Below are positions 26,072 through 39,231 of a stretch of 64,000 nucleotides of DNA, piece by piece (positions within the stretch are counted from its first letter, which is position 1; the number at the start of each line of letters is the position of its first letter). The position numbers and the translations under genes were made by a program. This stretch comes from Bilabrum cf. latius (taxonomy: Eukaryota). Location: positions 124,001-188,000 of the forward strand of contig OZ237748.1 of NCBI GenBank assembly GCA_965178125.1, in the 5' to 3' direction. Under the pieces are notes generated by a model. The model saw only the letters and a program-made list of their open reading frames with translations. It made no database searches and was not told the origin of the DNA.

Positions 26072-27757
26072 TCACTCATCCTAGGACTCGCCCACGTAAG
26101 CGGATACCTTCTTGAACATATTTTCCGAGTATCCCTTGACCGGAGACAACTTGTGACCAACCGAATGGTAACCAGTCACCCACATACGATAGAACGTGGC
26201 CTCCTGGCGCAGGTGAAGCGCATGGCCTAATACCTCAAGCACCCTTGCCGCGGGCCGCATGTAGGACGTGTCGATGCTCCACAGGTACGCCCCGCTGTCC
26301 ATGTCCACGAGAGCGAGATCTCCCGCGCGGTCGCACTCCTCCCCCGTGATGACGAGTGCACACTTCTGGGCCTTGCCCCCGGTTTCCGACTTCCACTTGG
26401 TAGATCCCAGTGATATCTTCTCTACCAAGTCGCAGTCGTCCTGCAACTCGAGGGTGCCTGGGAACATGTCATCCTCACGGATCGTCTGCCCCATGGCCAG
26501 CAACTCATCGCTCCACAGAGAGTTACCGCTGGCGGCAGGTCGCTTAGCGAGCGCCTTGGGGTCGCAACGACGTGGAGCCATCCCTTCGATGGCCACCTGC
26601 AGCGCCGCCGTCTTGCGACCGTTGCCAAAGGTCTTGTCGTCGCCGGGACTATTCAGGTCCGCCGACCCCGCAGACCACGCGATGTCGCCTCCCGGCTGGA
26701 GCAAGACGGCATTCCCGTCCCCCTGCAGACGAAGGACTTCCACACCCGGGTCCATCAGCGAGGAAGGCACCCGCCAGATGTACTGCCCCGAGGCGCTGTC
26801 CACGATGGCCAGGTCGCCCTTGGTGTCGCACCCTTCCCCCGTGATGACGAGTGCGCACTTGCCCTCGGTCCCTTTGCCCATCGTGTTGGTCGCATACCGC
26901 GCCTAGCCCCCTCGGTACACCACCAGGTTGCAGTCTCCCTGCATGCGCAGCTCGACCCCCTCCCCCTCGCCCGCCTTCAAGGCGGCCCCGGCACGCAGCA
27001 CCTGCCCCGGAGAGAGCACGTCGCCGTCGGTCACTTGCTGGTACGGCGATTGCAGGGCCTTTGCATCGCACTGCAGACTGTGCACGTCCTCCCGCACCTC
27101 CAGATCGAAGCGGAAGTGATCCGCGTTGGACGGCAAGTTTCCGGCGGTGTTGGTGCTCCACAGCCGGTGCCCCCCTTCCTGAAAGAGAACGACATTGCCG
27201 TCATCCTAAACCAGAAAGGTGTGCACCTCTGGTGTGAAGATAGAGGATTGTACCCGCCAGAGGTACTTGCCTGTGTCCGTGTCGATGATGGCCAGGTCTC
27301 CCTGCGTGCTGCACGATGCATCCGTCAAGAGAAGCGCGCAGTGGGTGGACCGCGTCTCCCGTGGCCCGCCCACGTCGATCTCATCCGAATGACCATTGGC
27401 TTTGACGACCAACTTGCAGGACGGGTTGACCCATATCGTTGTCTTATCCCAGTATAAGACATCGCGTTTACCGGAGGGGGTCTCGGAATGCAGGATTTCG
27501 CCTTTCCCGAGCCTGTCGCCCTTTGCCGGCTTCCTCGCTGCCAAGGCGCTGACATCGCAGGAGAAGGTGTCAAGTTTGTCACTGATCATACTTTTTACAT
27601 GGCTGCGACTATCGTGCCTACTGTTGCTGGCGTGGACCGAGACCGATGACATAGAGCCAGCGCTGCGAAGGTGCTGCTGGCCTTCTGCTCGTCGCCCGTG
27701 CACAGTGACCACCGAACAGGCGGCCAAAGCCAGCGAAATGGAAGCGATAGATTGCAT
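26072..27757 (-). CDS. Secreted protein with three bulb-type (B-lectin, mannose-binding-like) modules
   Basis: Signal-like MQSIASISLALAACSVVTVHG. Three repeats with CALVIT...GDLAIVD..SG.YLW. Motifs MQGDCNLVVY, LQGDGNAVLL and LQDDCDLV. In-frame TAGs at 27206, 26903 and 26081; ends in TGA at 26072. Confidence 0.85.
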
Positions 27758-28188
27758 ATCTATGATGAGACCTAGGTTTATCTTCGTGATGGGTGGCAAG
27801 GAAGCCCGGCGATTAGGGGACACGCGCACGAGCAAAAACAAATCCTCGGATGCTTTACTTGAAGTAACGCGCGGTTTTCCGGAGCGCGCTGCGCTACGCT
27901 ACGCGCGCAGTACACGACCGCACGAGGTCCATACTTGCGCCTCCGTACCATGGTAGGCACCGCTCTAAGGTCGGACAACCCGAGAGACACCAAACTCGTT
28001 AAGTAAGTAAGGGTACAGCAACTTTCGCCATGGCCACTGCTGCTCCCTCCCTCGAAGGCGCGCAGCGGGCGTTCATGTCGACGAGGACCAACTCTAGAGC
28101 TGCAATTGTTTACTGTCAGAATATCCAAGTATACTAGATCTATCCTACTAGTTCATTGGGCGTATTGCTTCCACACTACAGGGTAACT

Positions 28189-28539
28189 GAGCTGGACGAT
28201 GCAACCTCAGTTCACTCCTCCACCGCCGAACTGGACGATGCAACCTCAGTTCACTCCTCCACCGCCGAGCTGGACGATGCAACCTCAGTTCACTCCTCCA
28301 CCGCCGAGCTGGACGATGCAACCTCAGTTCACTCCTCCACCGCCGAGCTGGACGATGCAACCTCAGTTCACTCCTCCACCGCCGAGCTGGACGATGCAAC
28401 CTCAGTTCACTCCTCCACCGCCGAGCTGGACGATGCAACCTCAGTTCACTCCTCCACCGCCGAGCTGGACGATGCAACCTCAGTTCACTCCTCCACCGCC
28501 GAGCTGGACGATGCAACCTCAGTTCACTCCTCCACCGCC
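28189..28539. repeat. Near-perfect minisatellite, 9 x 39 bp, containing the MAPR stop codon
   Basis: gagctggacgatgcaacctcagttcactcctccaccgcc at 28189 + 39n. Confidence 0.97.
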
Positions 28540-29681
28540 GACCGCTTCTGTCTCCTCCTTGCGCCACCAGCACCACTGCCACCGCCACTTCGTCGCTTGA
28601 CCGGACCTCCAGAAGCTGCAGTGGATCCGCGCACAGTCCCAGCCGTGGCAGCCAGCTGAGGATCGGCCATGGCACCATCGACCTTTGCATCATGAGTTGC
28701 ATCGTCAGTGGCAGTGATGGTGTTTCCTTCCCCGGCCTTTGCCTTTGCCTTGTCTTCGTCCTCGTCTTTGTCCTTGGTCTGGGGCTGCAAGGGAGAGATC
28801 GACTCTTCATCTTCGACTGATGATGCCCCCTCCGGCCCGCTCGCCTCGGCACTGTCATGCGATGCACCGGCCTCGTCCTCCTCCGTCGGCACATCACTCG
28901 TCACACTGGCTTCCACACTCGTCACACCGGGATCCGCCTCGTTGCCCTCGTATGGCGCCTCCAGCGAAGGCATCCCTTTCCGTGGCACGCACCCCTCCGT
29001 CAGCCAGCCCACGGGCTCGTACTTCCTCAGGAAATACTTAATCCATTCATCGGCGCCCGACCCGCCCCCGTCTCTGCTCTGCTCCTCCCACGCCTCCCTC
29101 GTCTGCAGCTCGTCAGAGATGTCGAAGTTGTGCCTTGCCAAGGGGATGGAAGCATCGCAGTGCGTCAGCACGTGGTATCCCTTCCCGGGACCGTAGGCAG
29201 ACATGTTGCTCGTCACATCGAACACGATTCCTTTGCAGGACAGGTACAGCCGGCGTCCGTCGTCACCAATTTCTGGATTGGCGAGTTCGGGGTCGATGCT
29301 CGCGTCAGTGCCGTCGCACCGCTTGATTTCCTCGAGATTATATCCTCGCTTTGGCAAAGAAGCCCGGTAAGCCCGCACGGCGTTCTTGCGTAGCGCCTCG
29401 GCTTCCTGCTCGTCCGTCTGGCAGCACATGCCGCCGCACGTGAACAGCTTGACTAGCATTGAGGGAAACAATGCCGACGCCGCGGCTACAACTACGACTG
29501 CAGTTAGCAATATTCCGTCCCATCCAAGTCTGCCGGCGAGATACCGCTGCAAACGCCCCTGCTCGGATTTCTCCCCTGAGCTGATGGGTTCTTCTTCGCC
29601 TGCCGATGCAGCGGCTGCAACTAGCTTTGCTGCAAGTAGTGCTGCTGCCAGCGCTACCACAGTACTAGGTGCCCCCTTCAT
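28524..29681 (-). CDS. Membrane-associated progesterone receptor (MAPR)/cytochrome b5-like heme-steroid-binding protein
   Basis: Signal peptide plus TM, then YNLEEIKRCDG...LYLSCKGIVFDVTSNMSAYGPGKGYHVLTHCDAS...WIKYFLRKYEPVGWL and an acidic tail. Ends in TGA. Confidence 0.88.
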   Translation of the reverse strand: MKGAPSTVVALAAALLAAKLVAAAASAGEEEPISSGEKSEQGRLQRYLAGRLGWDGILLTAVVVVAAASALFPSMLVKLFTCGGMCCQTDEQEAEALRKNAVRAYRASLPKRGYNLEEIKRCDGTDASIDPELANPEIGDDGRRLYLSCKGIVFDVTSNMSAYGPGKGYHVLTHCDASIPLARHNFDISDELQTREAWEEQSRDGGGSGADEWIKYFLRKYEPVGWLTEGCVPRKGMPSLEAPYEGNEADPGVTSVEASVTSDVPTEEDEAGASHDSAEASGPEGASSVEDEESISPLQPQTKDKDEDEDKAKAKAGEGNTITATDDATHDAKVDGAMADPQLAATAGTVRGSTAASGGPVKRRSGGGSGAGGARRRQKRSAVEE

Positions 29682-30017
29682 TTGATTAAAATGCTGGTAT
29701 TGGGTATCACTAAACGAGTGTGGATAGGAACCGGCGAAATGCCACACGTGGTTCGCGATAAAACCGGAAGAAAGCGACGAATACAGCGACAACTTGTTGA
29801 ATCTTCCCTGTGCTGATCCACGACGCGGACACCGCGAAGCATTCACCCTTTTCTTGCTTCAAACTATTCATGGCATGTCGCTTCCATCGTCCCAAACCAG
29901 CATGCGCTTCCTTCCTTCCCCCCGCAGCCCACACCTCCAGCCAACCCCCACGCCCCACGCCCCACACTCCACGAACGCAGCCTACATCGATTCCCCAGCA
30001 ATGCAGTGCAGTTGCAC

Positions 30018-31821
30018 TCACGCGTACTCCTTCTTGATAATCTTTGCGATCGTGTTCAGCTGGATGTTGCTCGTGCCCTCGTAGATCGCCCCGATCTTCT
30101 GGTCCCTAAAGTACTTCTCCACAGGGTAATCCTTCGTGAACCCAACGCCCCCCATCCACTCGATCGCCTTGGAAGCCGCCTTTTCGGCCACCTGAGAGGC
30201 GTACAGCTTCGCCATGGCGGCTTCCTTGACGAAATCAACACCGGCTTCCTTCCTTCTCGCGGCGTTGTAGACAAAGTTACGGGCGGCCTCGATCTCCATC
30301 GCGACCTGCGCGTGCTGGTGCTGCATTCCCTGGAAATCGCCGATGGCCTGCCCGAACTGTTCCCGCTCAAAGGAGTACCTCATCCCGTGGTCAAAGGCGC
30401 CCTGCGCGATGCCAAGCATCTGCGCCGCTATGCCCACCCTTCCCTCGTTCAAGATCTCGATCGCGATCTTGTAGCCTTTGCCCACCTCCCCAACCACCAT
30501 GTTCTTCGCCACCTTGACACCATCAAACGTTACGGGGCATGTGCTGGATGCCCGGATCCCCAGCTTGTCTTCCTTCTTTCCGACCTCTAAGCCCTCCGCA
30601 TCACCTTCCACGAGGAAGCATGTGATCCCCCTGTACCCCTTGCTGAAATCCGTGTTGGCCAGCACCAGGAACAGACCCGCTTCCTTGGAGTTGGTGATCC
30701 ATGCCTTGCTCCCGTTGATCTCCCAGTGGTCCCCTTTGTCCTCCGCCTTGGTCTTCATGGCGAAGGCGTCGCTGCCCGAACCAGCCTCCGAGAGACAAAA
30801 GCAGCCGAGGGTATCGGATGCAAGCTTTGGGTATGCGAAGGCCTTCACCTCATCGCTCGCGTACATTGCAAACACGTTGTTGACAAGGGTGTTCTGCACG
30901 TCTACCATCACGGACACGGAAGCGTCCACACGGGCCAGTTCCTCAACCACGAGGCAAGCAGCGGTGAAGGAAGAACCGGTGCCTCCATGCTCCATGGGGA
31001 TCTCCACTCCCATGAGCCCTTGCTGGAACAGGCCGTCGATGACGCCCTTGTCCATCGTTGCCGTTGCGTCCATCTCTCGCACGAGAGGGGCTACTTTCTC
31101 CTGGGCGTAGGCTCGCACTGCGTAGGCGGCAACGCGATGTGGACGGCAACGCGATGTGGGCGGCAACGCGATGTGGACGGCAACGCGATGTGGGCGGCAA
31201 CGCGATGTGGACGGCAACGCGATGTGGACGGCAACGCGATGTGGACGGCAACGCGATGTGGGCGGCAAGAGGGAAATTTCACGGCGACAGCATACTGTCA
31301 AGTTAGGTTGTTCTGACACATACACAGGGTGTTAGTTTTCTTCCAACAAACAAGCAGCGTCCGTTGCAGGCAGCAGGGCAGGTACGCAACCACCCGGGGA
31401 CAAGGCACCATCCCTCGCCCCAGCGCGCCAGCACCTCATGCTGCCCAGGGACGCTTTGTGCATCTCATGTGCAATCCGCGATGTGGCCAGATGCTTTCCA
31501 AATGCTGAACTCGGGACAAAATGCAAGGACGGACATTTGATCTCCCGAACCGACAGTGCACCCAGCTCTCTTGTGTCCTAGGTGCTTGAACATTGAAATA
31601 CATCATAGCCAAGCAGTCGTACACTCATATGATTCAATCTTACCCATGTCGCGGATGGCAGTCTCCTCCTCGGTGAAATGCCCGATAGGCAGAGCTCCTG
31701 AGGTTGCAGCTGCACTTGCCGAGGCGGCAAATGATCTAGAAGCGCGAGTAGCAGTCTGGCTGCGCGCTCCAGAAAGAGTCTTGGAAACAATCTTTAGTGC
31801 CGCTCTGCCCGTTCGCATCAT
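30018..31821 (-). CDS. ACADSB: Mitochondrial short/branched-chain acyl-CoA dehydrogenase, 2 exons: 31821-31644 and 31117-30018
   Basis: Arg/Ser-rich presequence. [22 protein letters not shown] across intron 31643-31118. [37 protein letters not shown] and [14 protein letters not shown]. Ends in TGA. Confidence 0.93.
31128..31268. repeat. Intronic 17-bp tandem repeat, about 8 copies, adjacent to the 3' splice site
   Basis: ggcaacgcgatgtgg(a/g)c units. Confidence 0.95.
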
Positions 31822-32389
31822 GTTTACTTCAAACGCGAGAAAATGGGCCACATCAGCGGTTCACATGATATCGTATTTGCCACGTTACATATACAGCGCG
31901 GCGAGAAGCTAGGTTCCGCAGAGTCTGCAACGAGGCGTAAACAGAATCAGAAGGGGGGCTCACCTGCATCAATCTGCTTGATTGGATATCCGATTGGGTT
32001 GTGGTAACATACGTCCATGGGAAGCCCCTGAACTTACCGCAATCGTACTAGATTTGCAGCCTTCCGCCCTCAGCTAGGACAGCAGAACTACTGATCTACT
32101 GTAGTAGTACATACCTTGGCATTTACGAGGCTATTATTTGATTAGTCAGTTAGTGCACTTCGCCCATATTTGCACGAGAAGGACTTTCTGGGCTCCAGCA
32201 TATTATTCGTGGGCTTCGCAAGGGTAGGACAGTCCGACGAGCATACATAGTCGAAGCTAAGGCCAATTGGCAGCGTGGCCGTTTACTCAATAGGACAGTT
32301 TGAACCGTTGTTAGGCTTGAACGCGCTTCAGTGGCAGCTAACGGCCACTAGACGACTTTGACGACTCGAGGCGAGCACTTGCCCTTGCC

Positions 32390-35300
32390 ATGGACCGAGC
32401 GTCCCGCATGCGCACTCTCCGGGGCGAGAAACCCGGCCCAGGCACTGTGTCAGGGAGCAGTACTAGTACCAGCTCGGAACATGCACAGGTTGTTGTTCGG
32501 GTGAAGGAGCAATTCCCCAGCAACGGGCCGGCCACGGTGGCGCCCATCTCGGCACCACTCGGCAGCGGAACCTCGGCGCCGCGCATCAGCAGCGACGGGA
32601 CGAATCACCCGTCACAGCCACGAGTGCTCCCAGATCCGATCCCGCCACCGCGACTTGTGCCCCCCCCGGCCCCCCCTTCCGGCACGGCCGTGGTGGGCGG
32701 CAGCGGTTTAACGGCCGCGGCCGCTGCAGCGACGGGGACAGGGGGGGGCGGCTGGTTCGCCACGATCAAGAAATCCAAGCGAAGGTTCGCTCAGGGGCTC
32801 TTCCGCGCCCTGGGGGTCGGCGGCGACCTTCAGTCCCACGAGAAAGACCCCGGCTTCGAACGGGCCCAGGCGCGGCTGCATGCGGTGGAAAAGGCGGTTG
32901 CAACCATGCAGCAGGCCACGCGGGAATATCTCGAGGGGCTGCGGGCGCAGCACCGCAGTGCGATGCACCTTGGGGAGGCCCTATACGGGGTCGCGGGGCA
33001 GCAAATCCTGCAGCCCCCCGGGGCGCAGCTGATCCGTGGTGGCGGCGCCGCGCTTGCGGAACCAGGTGATGGAACCGCAGACATTGCGCGGGGCCGCGGT
33101 TCCACATCCAGCCAGGGGTTGCAGAACTCGTCCCCGTCCCCATCGCGCGCAGCCCCCAGCGTGGGGTCGGGGTCGGGGTCGGGATCGGGGGGGGGGCTTA
33201 TCAAGCCTGCGGGGGGGGGCAGGAGCCCCCCGCTGAGCCGCACTGCGTCTGCCCGAGCGGTGGCCAAGGGAACCGGGAGTGTGGGTCGCGAACCCAGCGA
33301 ACTTTCGTCGCCCGGGGGCGGCAGGGTGGCGGGAACGTCGCGGTCGGGCCCGAAGCGGCGGAGGCGCAGCAGCGCTAGTTCCGGTTTGGGGCTTGGGGCG
33401 GGTGGGTCCAGGGAGCGGGGCATGTCTGAGATGAGCGCCGGCGGCGGAGATGTGACGAGTGGCGGTATGCGACCTAGTGTGACGAGTGCGGGGCAGGGCC
33501 TGAACAGCGCCATGCGAAGCGGCAGCGACGGCAGGTACGCCGCCGATTTTGGTGTGACGAGTGCGGGCACCGGGACCGGTCCGACCTCGGGTAGATCCGG
33601 AGCCGGTAGTGGTGCCGGTGCGTGGGTGACGAGTGCCGGTGCCGGTCCTGGCGATGGTGTCGATGGAGATAGGGAGAGCAGCGGGGAGATCCTGAGGGAC
33701 TACAGCGGAAGGAGCGAGCGGGGCAACAGCGACGTCACTCGTCACACCACCACCAACGCAAAGACCGCGGCGGCGGCGGCGCTGGACGCCTTCGCGTTCG
33801 ATACCCCCGCGGGGAGGGTGTTCCGAGGGGGGGGTGCCCTTTCGGGGCAGCCCACGGGCGCCAGGCTCATCGGCTTAAGGCCGGCATGGCTGGCCGTGCA
33901 GGAGCAGCAGGCCAGGGCGCAGGCGGTTGGGGGTGTGACGAGTGGGGTCGCGTCCGGGTCGGAGTCGCCGGAATCGGTTGCAACCGGTGGGTCGCCGCCG
34001 TCACACTCGTCACAACGCCACGGACGCGGCTTGCTGGGCGCTGCGGGGGCGTTGCGCGGCGAAGCCGCCCTGGCGGAATCGGAGCGATTATTCGTCACAC
34101 GTCGGCTGCACTCCGCGGCGCGAGCGGCGGACGTGGCTCGTGGCGTCTGGCGGGGCATGTCGTCCTCTGTCCTCGTGGCCATCGAGAGGGCCGCTGCTGA
34201 TTCGATCTTGGATCCGTGCGCGCAGGTCAGCGCGTGCTGCGCCGACGGTGCCCGGCTGCTGGCCAAGCGGCATCGGTATGCCACAGACCTGGACAGCTAC
34301 GAGAGACGACTCGTGAGCGCGTTTCAGCGGGGTGCCCGGCTGGAGGGCAAGGAGGGGGCGGCGGCGGAGGCCGCTCTGGTGGAGGCGCAGGGAGGTGTGA
34401 CGAGTGCGGGCATGGAGGGGGGGGAGGGGGTGCGGGCATCGGGTGAGGCGTATCGATCCGGCTCCGGATCCGTGATGGGATCAGGGAGCACGGGCGGCGC
34501 CGGCACCGCCATCGCGAGCGGAACCGGGACGCACCGCCGCGCGGCGCCCCCTGGATCCGGAGCCGGCCATGGCCCGGGCCCGGGGTCCATTCAGGCGGAG
34601 CTGGGGCGAGGCACGGCCCCCAGCGCGGATGCCACGGCGGACGCCCGGCGATACCTCGGCAAACTGCTAGCCGCGAGGGGGGTGTTCGAGGCGGTGTCGG
34701 CGCAGCTTGAAGCCCTTGTGTGGGCGGCCGAACGTTCGGTGTGCGAGATCACGGGGGCCGGCGGGGCGGTGCTGCTGGCTGCCACGGCCCACGCGGCGGG
34801 TCATGCTCGGGAGGCCAGCGAGGCGGCGGCGGCCCGGGTGCCAGAGGCTGCCGGTGCCATGGCGCAGCTGGCCGGGTACACGGCTGCGGCTGCTGCGGCC
34901 GCGGCAAGAACCATGCAGCAGCAGCAGCAGAAAGAACAGAAAGAGAGAAGCGAGTCGCAGGGCGCGGATGGTGTGACGAGTGATGGTTCCGGTTTAGAGG
35001 GTGCCATCGGGGTGAGCAGCTACAGCGACTCGGAATCGGATGCCGACGCGCACGGTGACCCCGCAGGTCCCGGCTCCGGATCCGACCAGCGGAACCAGCT
35101 CCCAATTGCGCGGCGCCGCCCCACGGACCCCATGATGCGCGCCCCCCGGGCCCTCCCCGCCTTGGGTCGCCTGGGACGGCGGGGCACCGTGGTGGTGCAG
35201 CGAAGGTTCCCTCAGTTCAGGTGCCTGGCCGACGCCGCGGCGAATCCAGTCGGGGCTGCGCTGCCGCGGTGGGGCCGTGTGTTCTCGGGTGCATCGCACG

Positions 35301-36901
35301 GTGGTGTGGACGCGGATTCGGAGCCGATGGGCGGTGGTGGTGCCGTGGTGCCGCCGCCCAGCCAAGCCACTCTCGAGGCCGAACGCGGCCTTGTGCGCGG
35401 CGCCATGCTCGGCGGAACCGGTTCCGCAGCCGCGCGCAAGGTACTAGGGGGGGATGGAATTAGAGGTGGTGAAAGTGGCGCCGTCGTAGGTGGCCATAGT
35501 GGTACAGGCGGTGCGGGGAGCAGCAGGATGGCATGGCACTCCGCCGCGGCGCCGCCCGGTTCCGCACCCAGACCCGGAGCAAGCCGTCTCCGCGGAGACG
35601 CTCCTGCCACGTCTCCATCTTCGGGTCCCGCATCGGTAGCTTCGAACGATCCGGGCGCCGCCGCCGCCGCAGCAGCAGCAGCAGCAGCGGCAGCGGCAGA
35701 GGCAGAGGCAGACAAGGCGCGGGCGGCAGAGGCCGTGCGGGGAGCAGAGAGGGGTTCGAGCAGCTGGAACTCCGGCATCCCACTCGTCACACCACACGCA
35801 GAGAACACCGCCAGTCGGGAGGGCAGTCGAAGCAGCAGCGTGGCATCCGCCCGATCGCACTCGTCACACCCCTCCTCCTCCTCGGCGTCTCCCCTGCAGC
35901 AGCGAGCCGCACTCCCTCCTCCGCCCCAGCAAGCGAGCGCGATTCTGGCACGGAGGAAGGCGAGGATGAAACTGCAGAGTGTGACGAGTGAAGGAGCCGC
36001 AGAGAGTGGAAGCGCGGGTGCGTTCGGCTCGCCTCCGATCGAAGGTGGTGTGACGAGTGCGGGCCCCTGGCCGATGACCCCACGAGAGGTGGACAGCGAG
36101 GATGACGATGACGATGACGAGGATGACGATGACGATGACGAGGAGGAGGACAATGAGGATGGGAATGAGGGTGAGAATGAGAGGGGGCAGCAAAGTGGAT
36201 TGACCGTGGAGGCTGGCAGTAACCGTACTACTAAATTGGATGGAGCTGCAGCTCGAGAAGGATGGTCAGCTGGCGGCGACGCAAGCTCCCGTACAGGCCA
36301 CAGGCACAGGAATGGCAGCAAGCTGCGAATGGTTGCATCGAACGGTGGTGCCGCGCCCGCCTCGCAGGACGCATTGGTCCCAAGCAAACCGCCAGCACCA
36401 GCACCAGCACCAGCACCAGCACCAGCACCGGCACCAGCACTGGCAGCGCAAGCCCGTGGCTTGACATCCGCAACCGGGGCCCCACCGCCCCCAAAGCCTA
36501 GGGGGGTTCTCAAACAGAAGGGCTCATTCTCGTCCCCGAGAGTCAGGTCCAAGAAGAGTGTGATGAGTGGGAATGGCGGTGTCGGTTAGGGGGCGCCAGC
36601 GGGACCAGAGGGTAGCAGCAAGCCAAGGGCCATGGCTATGGCCAAAGACAAGGCCAAAGACAAGGGTAAAGGCAAGGCCCCGCCTCCGAGGCCGAGGCAG
36701 AGGCAGAGGCAGAGGCAGAGGGTTGGCAGGCTATCCATCGCGGGATCAGGACCACTCTCAGGGGCTGAAAGCGGAAAGGCTGCATCTCGTGGGAATGAAT
36801 CAGGAATTGCAGGCTCAGCTAGACCCGCAAAGGTGTCTAAAGTGGTGAAGCCCTCGCTCAAGCCGCAAGCCCCAGGGCACCGCGAAAGCTAGGCTACATG
36901 A
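32390..36901 (+). CDS. N-BAR (amphiphysin/Rvs167-like) domain protein with large low-complexity insertions
   Basis: FATIKKSKRRFAQGLFRALG...EKDPGFERAQARLHAVEKAVATMQQATREYLEGLR and LLAKRHRYATDLDSYERRL. TAGs at 36587 and 36890 read through to TGA 36899-36901. ctaac...ctag near 32340 suggests an upstream intron. Confidence 0.7.
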
Positions 36902-39231
36902 GTCTAGCGGGCTTACAATCCATGGGATTCGAGGCGTCGGCGAATAAAAAGCTGGATCAGATCCGAACAGGCCTGGATCTGGAGCTACCGGGTAGCCTAC
37001 TATCCACGGATGCCGTGATTCAGGTTGCGATGGTTCACTTAACCGGATCTGGAATATCCAGATTCAATCCGGGGAATGCTAAAAGGGGCTTATTTCAAAT
37101 GTTGATTGCGCCATATTTTATTTGTTACGTGAAATATCCGGGTGACCAATTCCTGGATCCGAGGACCAGCCAAAAGGAAAACTAAACCTAGGTCCCGGAT
37201 AGCCATCCGATCTACCGAGCAAACAGGATCGTGATCAGATCGAATTAAAGCCGGTAAAGCGCATTTCAATCAAACTCAACTTCACATCGGTCCTAGACAG
37301 CTGCTTTGGCTTCATTTCCATACAGCCGCCCATGGGTCTGCCCCCTCTGTCCCAGCTGATGCTGGCTCGCTCGCCTGCTTGCCCACACGTCCTTCCGCCC
37401 ATGGGTATGCCTCTTCTTTCCTCATTGATGCAGTTGGCTGTTGCCCCTCTCGCCGTTGTACTCCTTGTCCATCTGGATTCCTCGATACATTTCGATTCCT
37501 GATGCTGGCAATACATCTTGATGACAGCCACGCCATGAATCTGAGTTCTTCCGCAGAAATGGTAGTCGCGCCCGCCAGTGTTGGCTGCAGCGCGGCCCGA
37601 TGCATGACTACCTTGTTAAAGCCATCGTGATCAAACTAGCGGGACTGGCTCGCTTCTGTCACAGCAACAACCGTTCCATGCGTTGAGGCGCGCCAAGTCC
37701 CGTAGGCCTAGGCTGGATCGAATCCGACCCGAGTCGACTGCCTGTCGATTCCTGCTGACATACTAGGACTAGGTGTCCCAGCAGGTGCAGATTGTGTCGC
37801 GATTCCACAATCCTTTGCCCGCGCGTCAATGTTGCTGATCATTTGCGACAGCCTGAGGCCCTCAATGCTGTACTTTATGCTTGCCTCCCCCTACTTGCTC
37901 ACACGATAATCTTCGTTCTTATCGCCGAAATCAATGGTGGTTGCGGCCAGCCAGGGGCCCCACTTCTAGCCAGATTTGGCGGCAGCTTTCTTTCTAACTC
38001 TCCTACCGACGCCTCTGATTGCCTTGGTCTTCTTTGCCTTCACGTAACTCATCTTCCTGTGCTGGACTTCCTGGCCCTTGCCTGCTATGTCACGTTCTGG
38101 AACGCCAGCCAGCGACGGCTTGTCCAATTTGGAGGCAGGCGCACCTACACGCGCGATTGTCTACAGGAAATGATCCTTGCCCCAGCACTGCTGCCTCAGA
38201 GAGCCGAAGACACGCTGCTCCAAGAGCGAGGCACCTCGGCCTGCCACGATCTTGCGTGCACCACCAGCTGATCCAGCGGTGGATTGCACGCCCGGCCGGT
38301 CGCTCCCTTTGCCAGATTTCGAGTCGTTTGACTAGGACAACCCAGGGCTGGTTGCAACCGTCGTTCCACTCGTGGTCGTGGATGCAGTGGGCGGCACCGA
38401 TCCGCTGCTGCCAACGCACAGGGCCCGCCACGTCGGATCGTCAACGATGGCCCCTGCTACCGACTGCCTCAGCAATCCCAAGCTTCGAGCTACGTGTCAG
38501 CCACCACAGATCCTAGCCGAGCTGAATGGGCCCGTGGAGGTGGGCAGCTCCTCCGGATCGGTAGATCGAGCGATGCCGGGAGATTCTGACCTTGATCACC
38601 GCATCTCTCCAAAGCTGAAGAAAGTATCCCCTCTCTATCGTTTACGACGCCCAGCGCCGTAATACCGCCTGCCAGCTTGCCCAGCCTCAGCCGCTTGGCC
38701 AATTCCAGAGGCCTGCCCTCACTTGCTGCCTTGAAGAGTATCACCGCATCTCGCTTCGCCTCAACTGCCCGCCGCCACCTCAAAACTCTCATGAATCGGT
38801 TGAATCGCCTCGATTTGAAATATTTGATAACAGTAAAGGTTTCAATGTTTCGTCGCTCCATGGCCACTGCTGCTGCTGTGCTACCGTACTACTGGTGGTG
38901 GAACTGCTGGTGGTGGAACTGCTGGTCGTGCCAGTGGTACTGCTGGTCCCCTGATGCGTTTGAACGAACGAATATCGGAAAAGGTTTAAACGGGAAAGTG
39001 CAACTTTCAACTTGAACCAACCATCCACATCGGATAGGAAGATGCATGTTGTCTCAAAGTATAGTGCCTGGTATAGAGTTGCCTTCGTCGCCATAAAAGT
39101 TGTGGCATGTGCTGAGGGTCCGCAATGAGCGCGTCGCTCATACTCGAACTGTTAATGGTGATTGGGCACCGCCATGTTGCCTTCAAGTTCGGCATATACG
39201 TTCGCAGATGCAAGGACGTGGGTGTACATTG

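Noticed and set aside
37300-39100. Fragmentary minus-strand ORFs between the BAR and kinase genes
   Set aside because: Even with TAG read-through they are broken by TGA/TAA and frame changes and show no recognisable domain; possibly a decayed gene.
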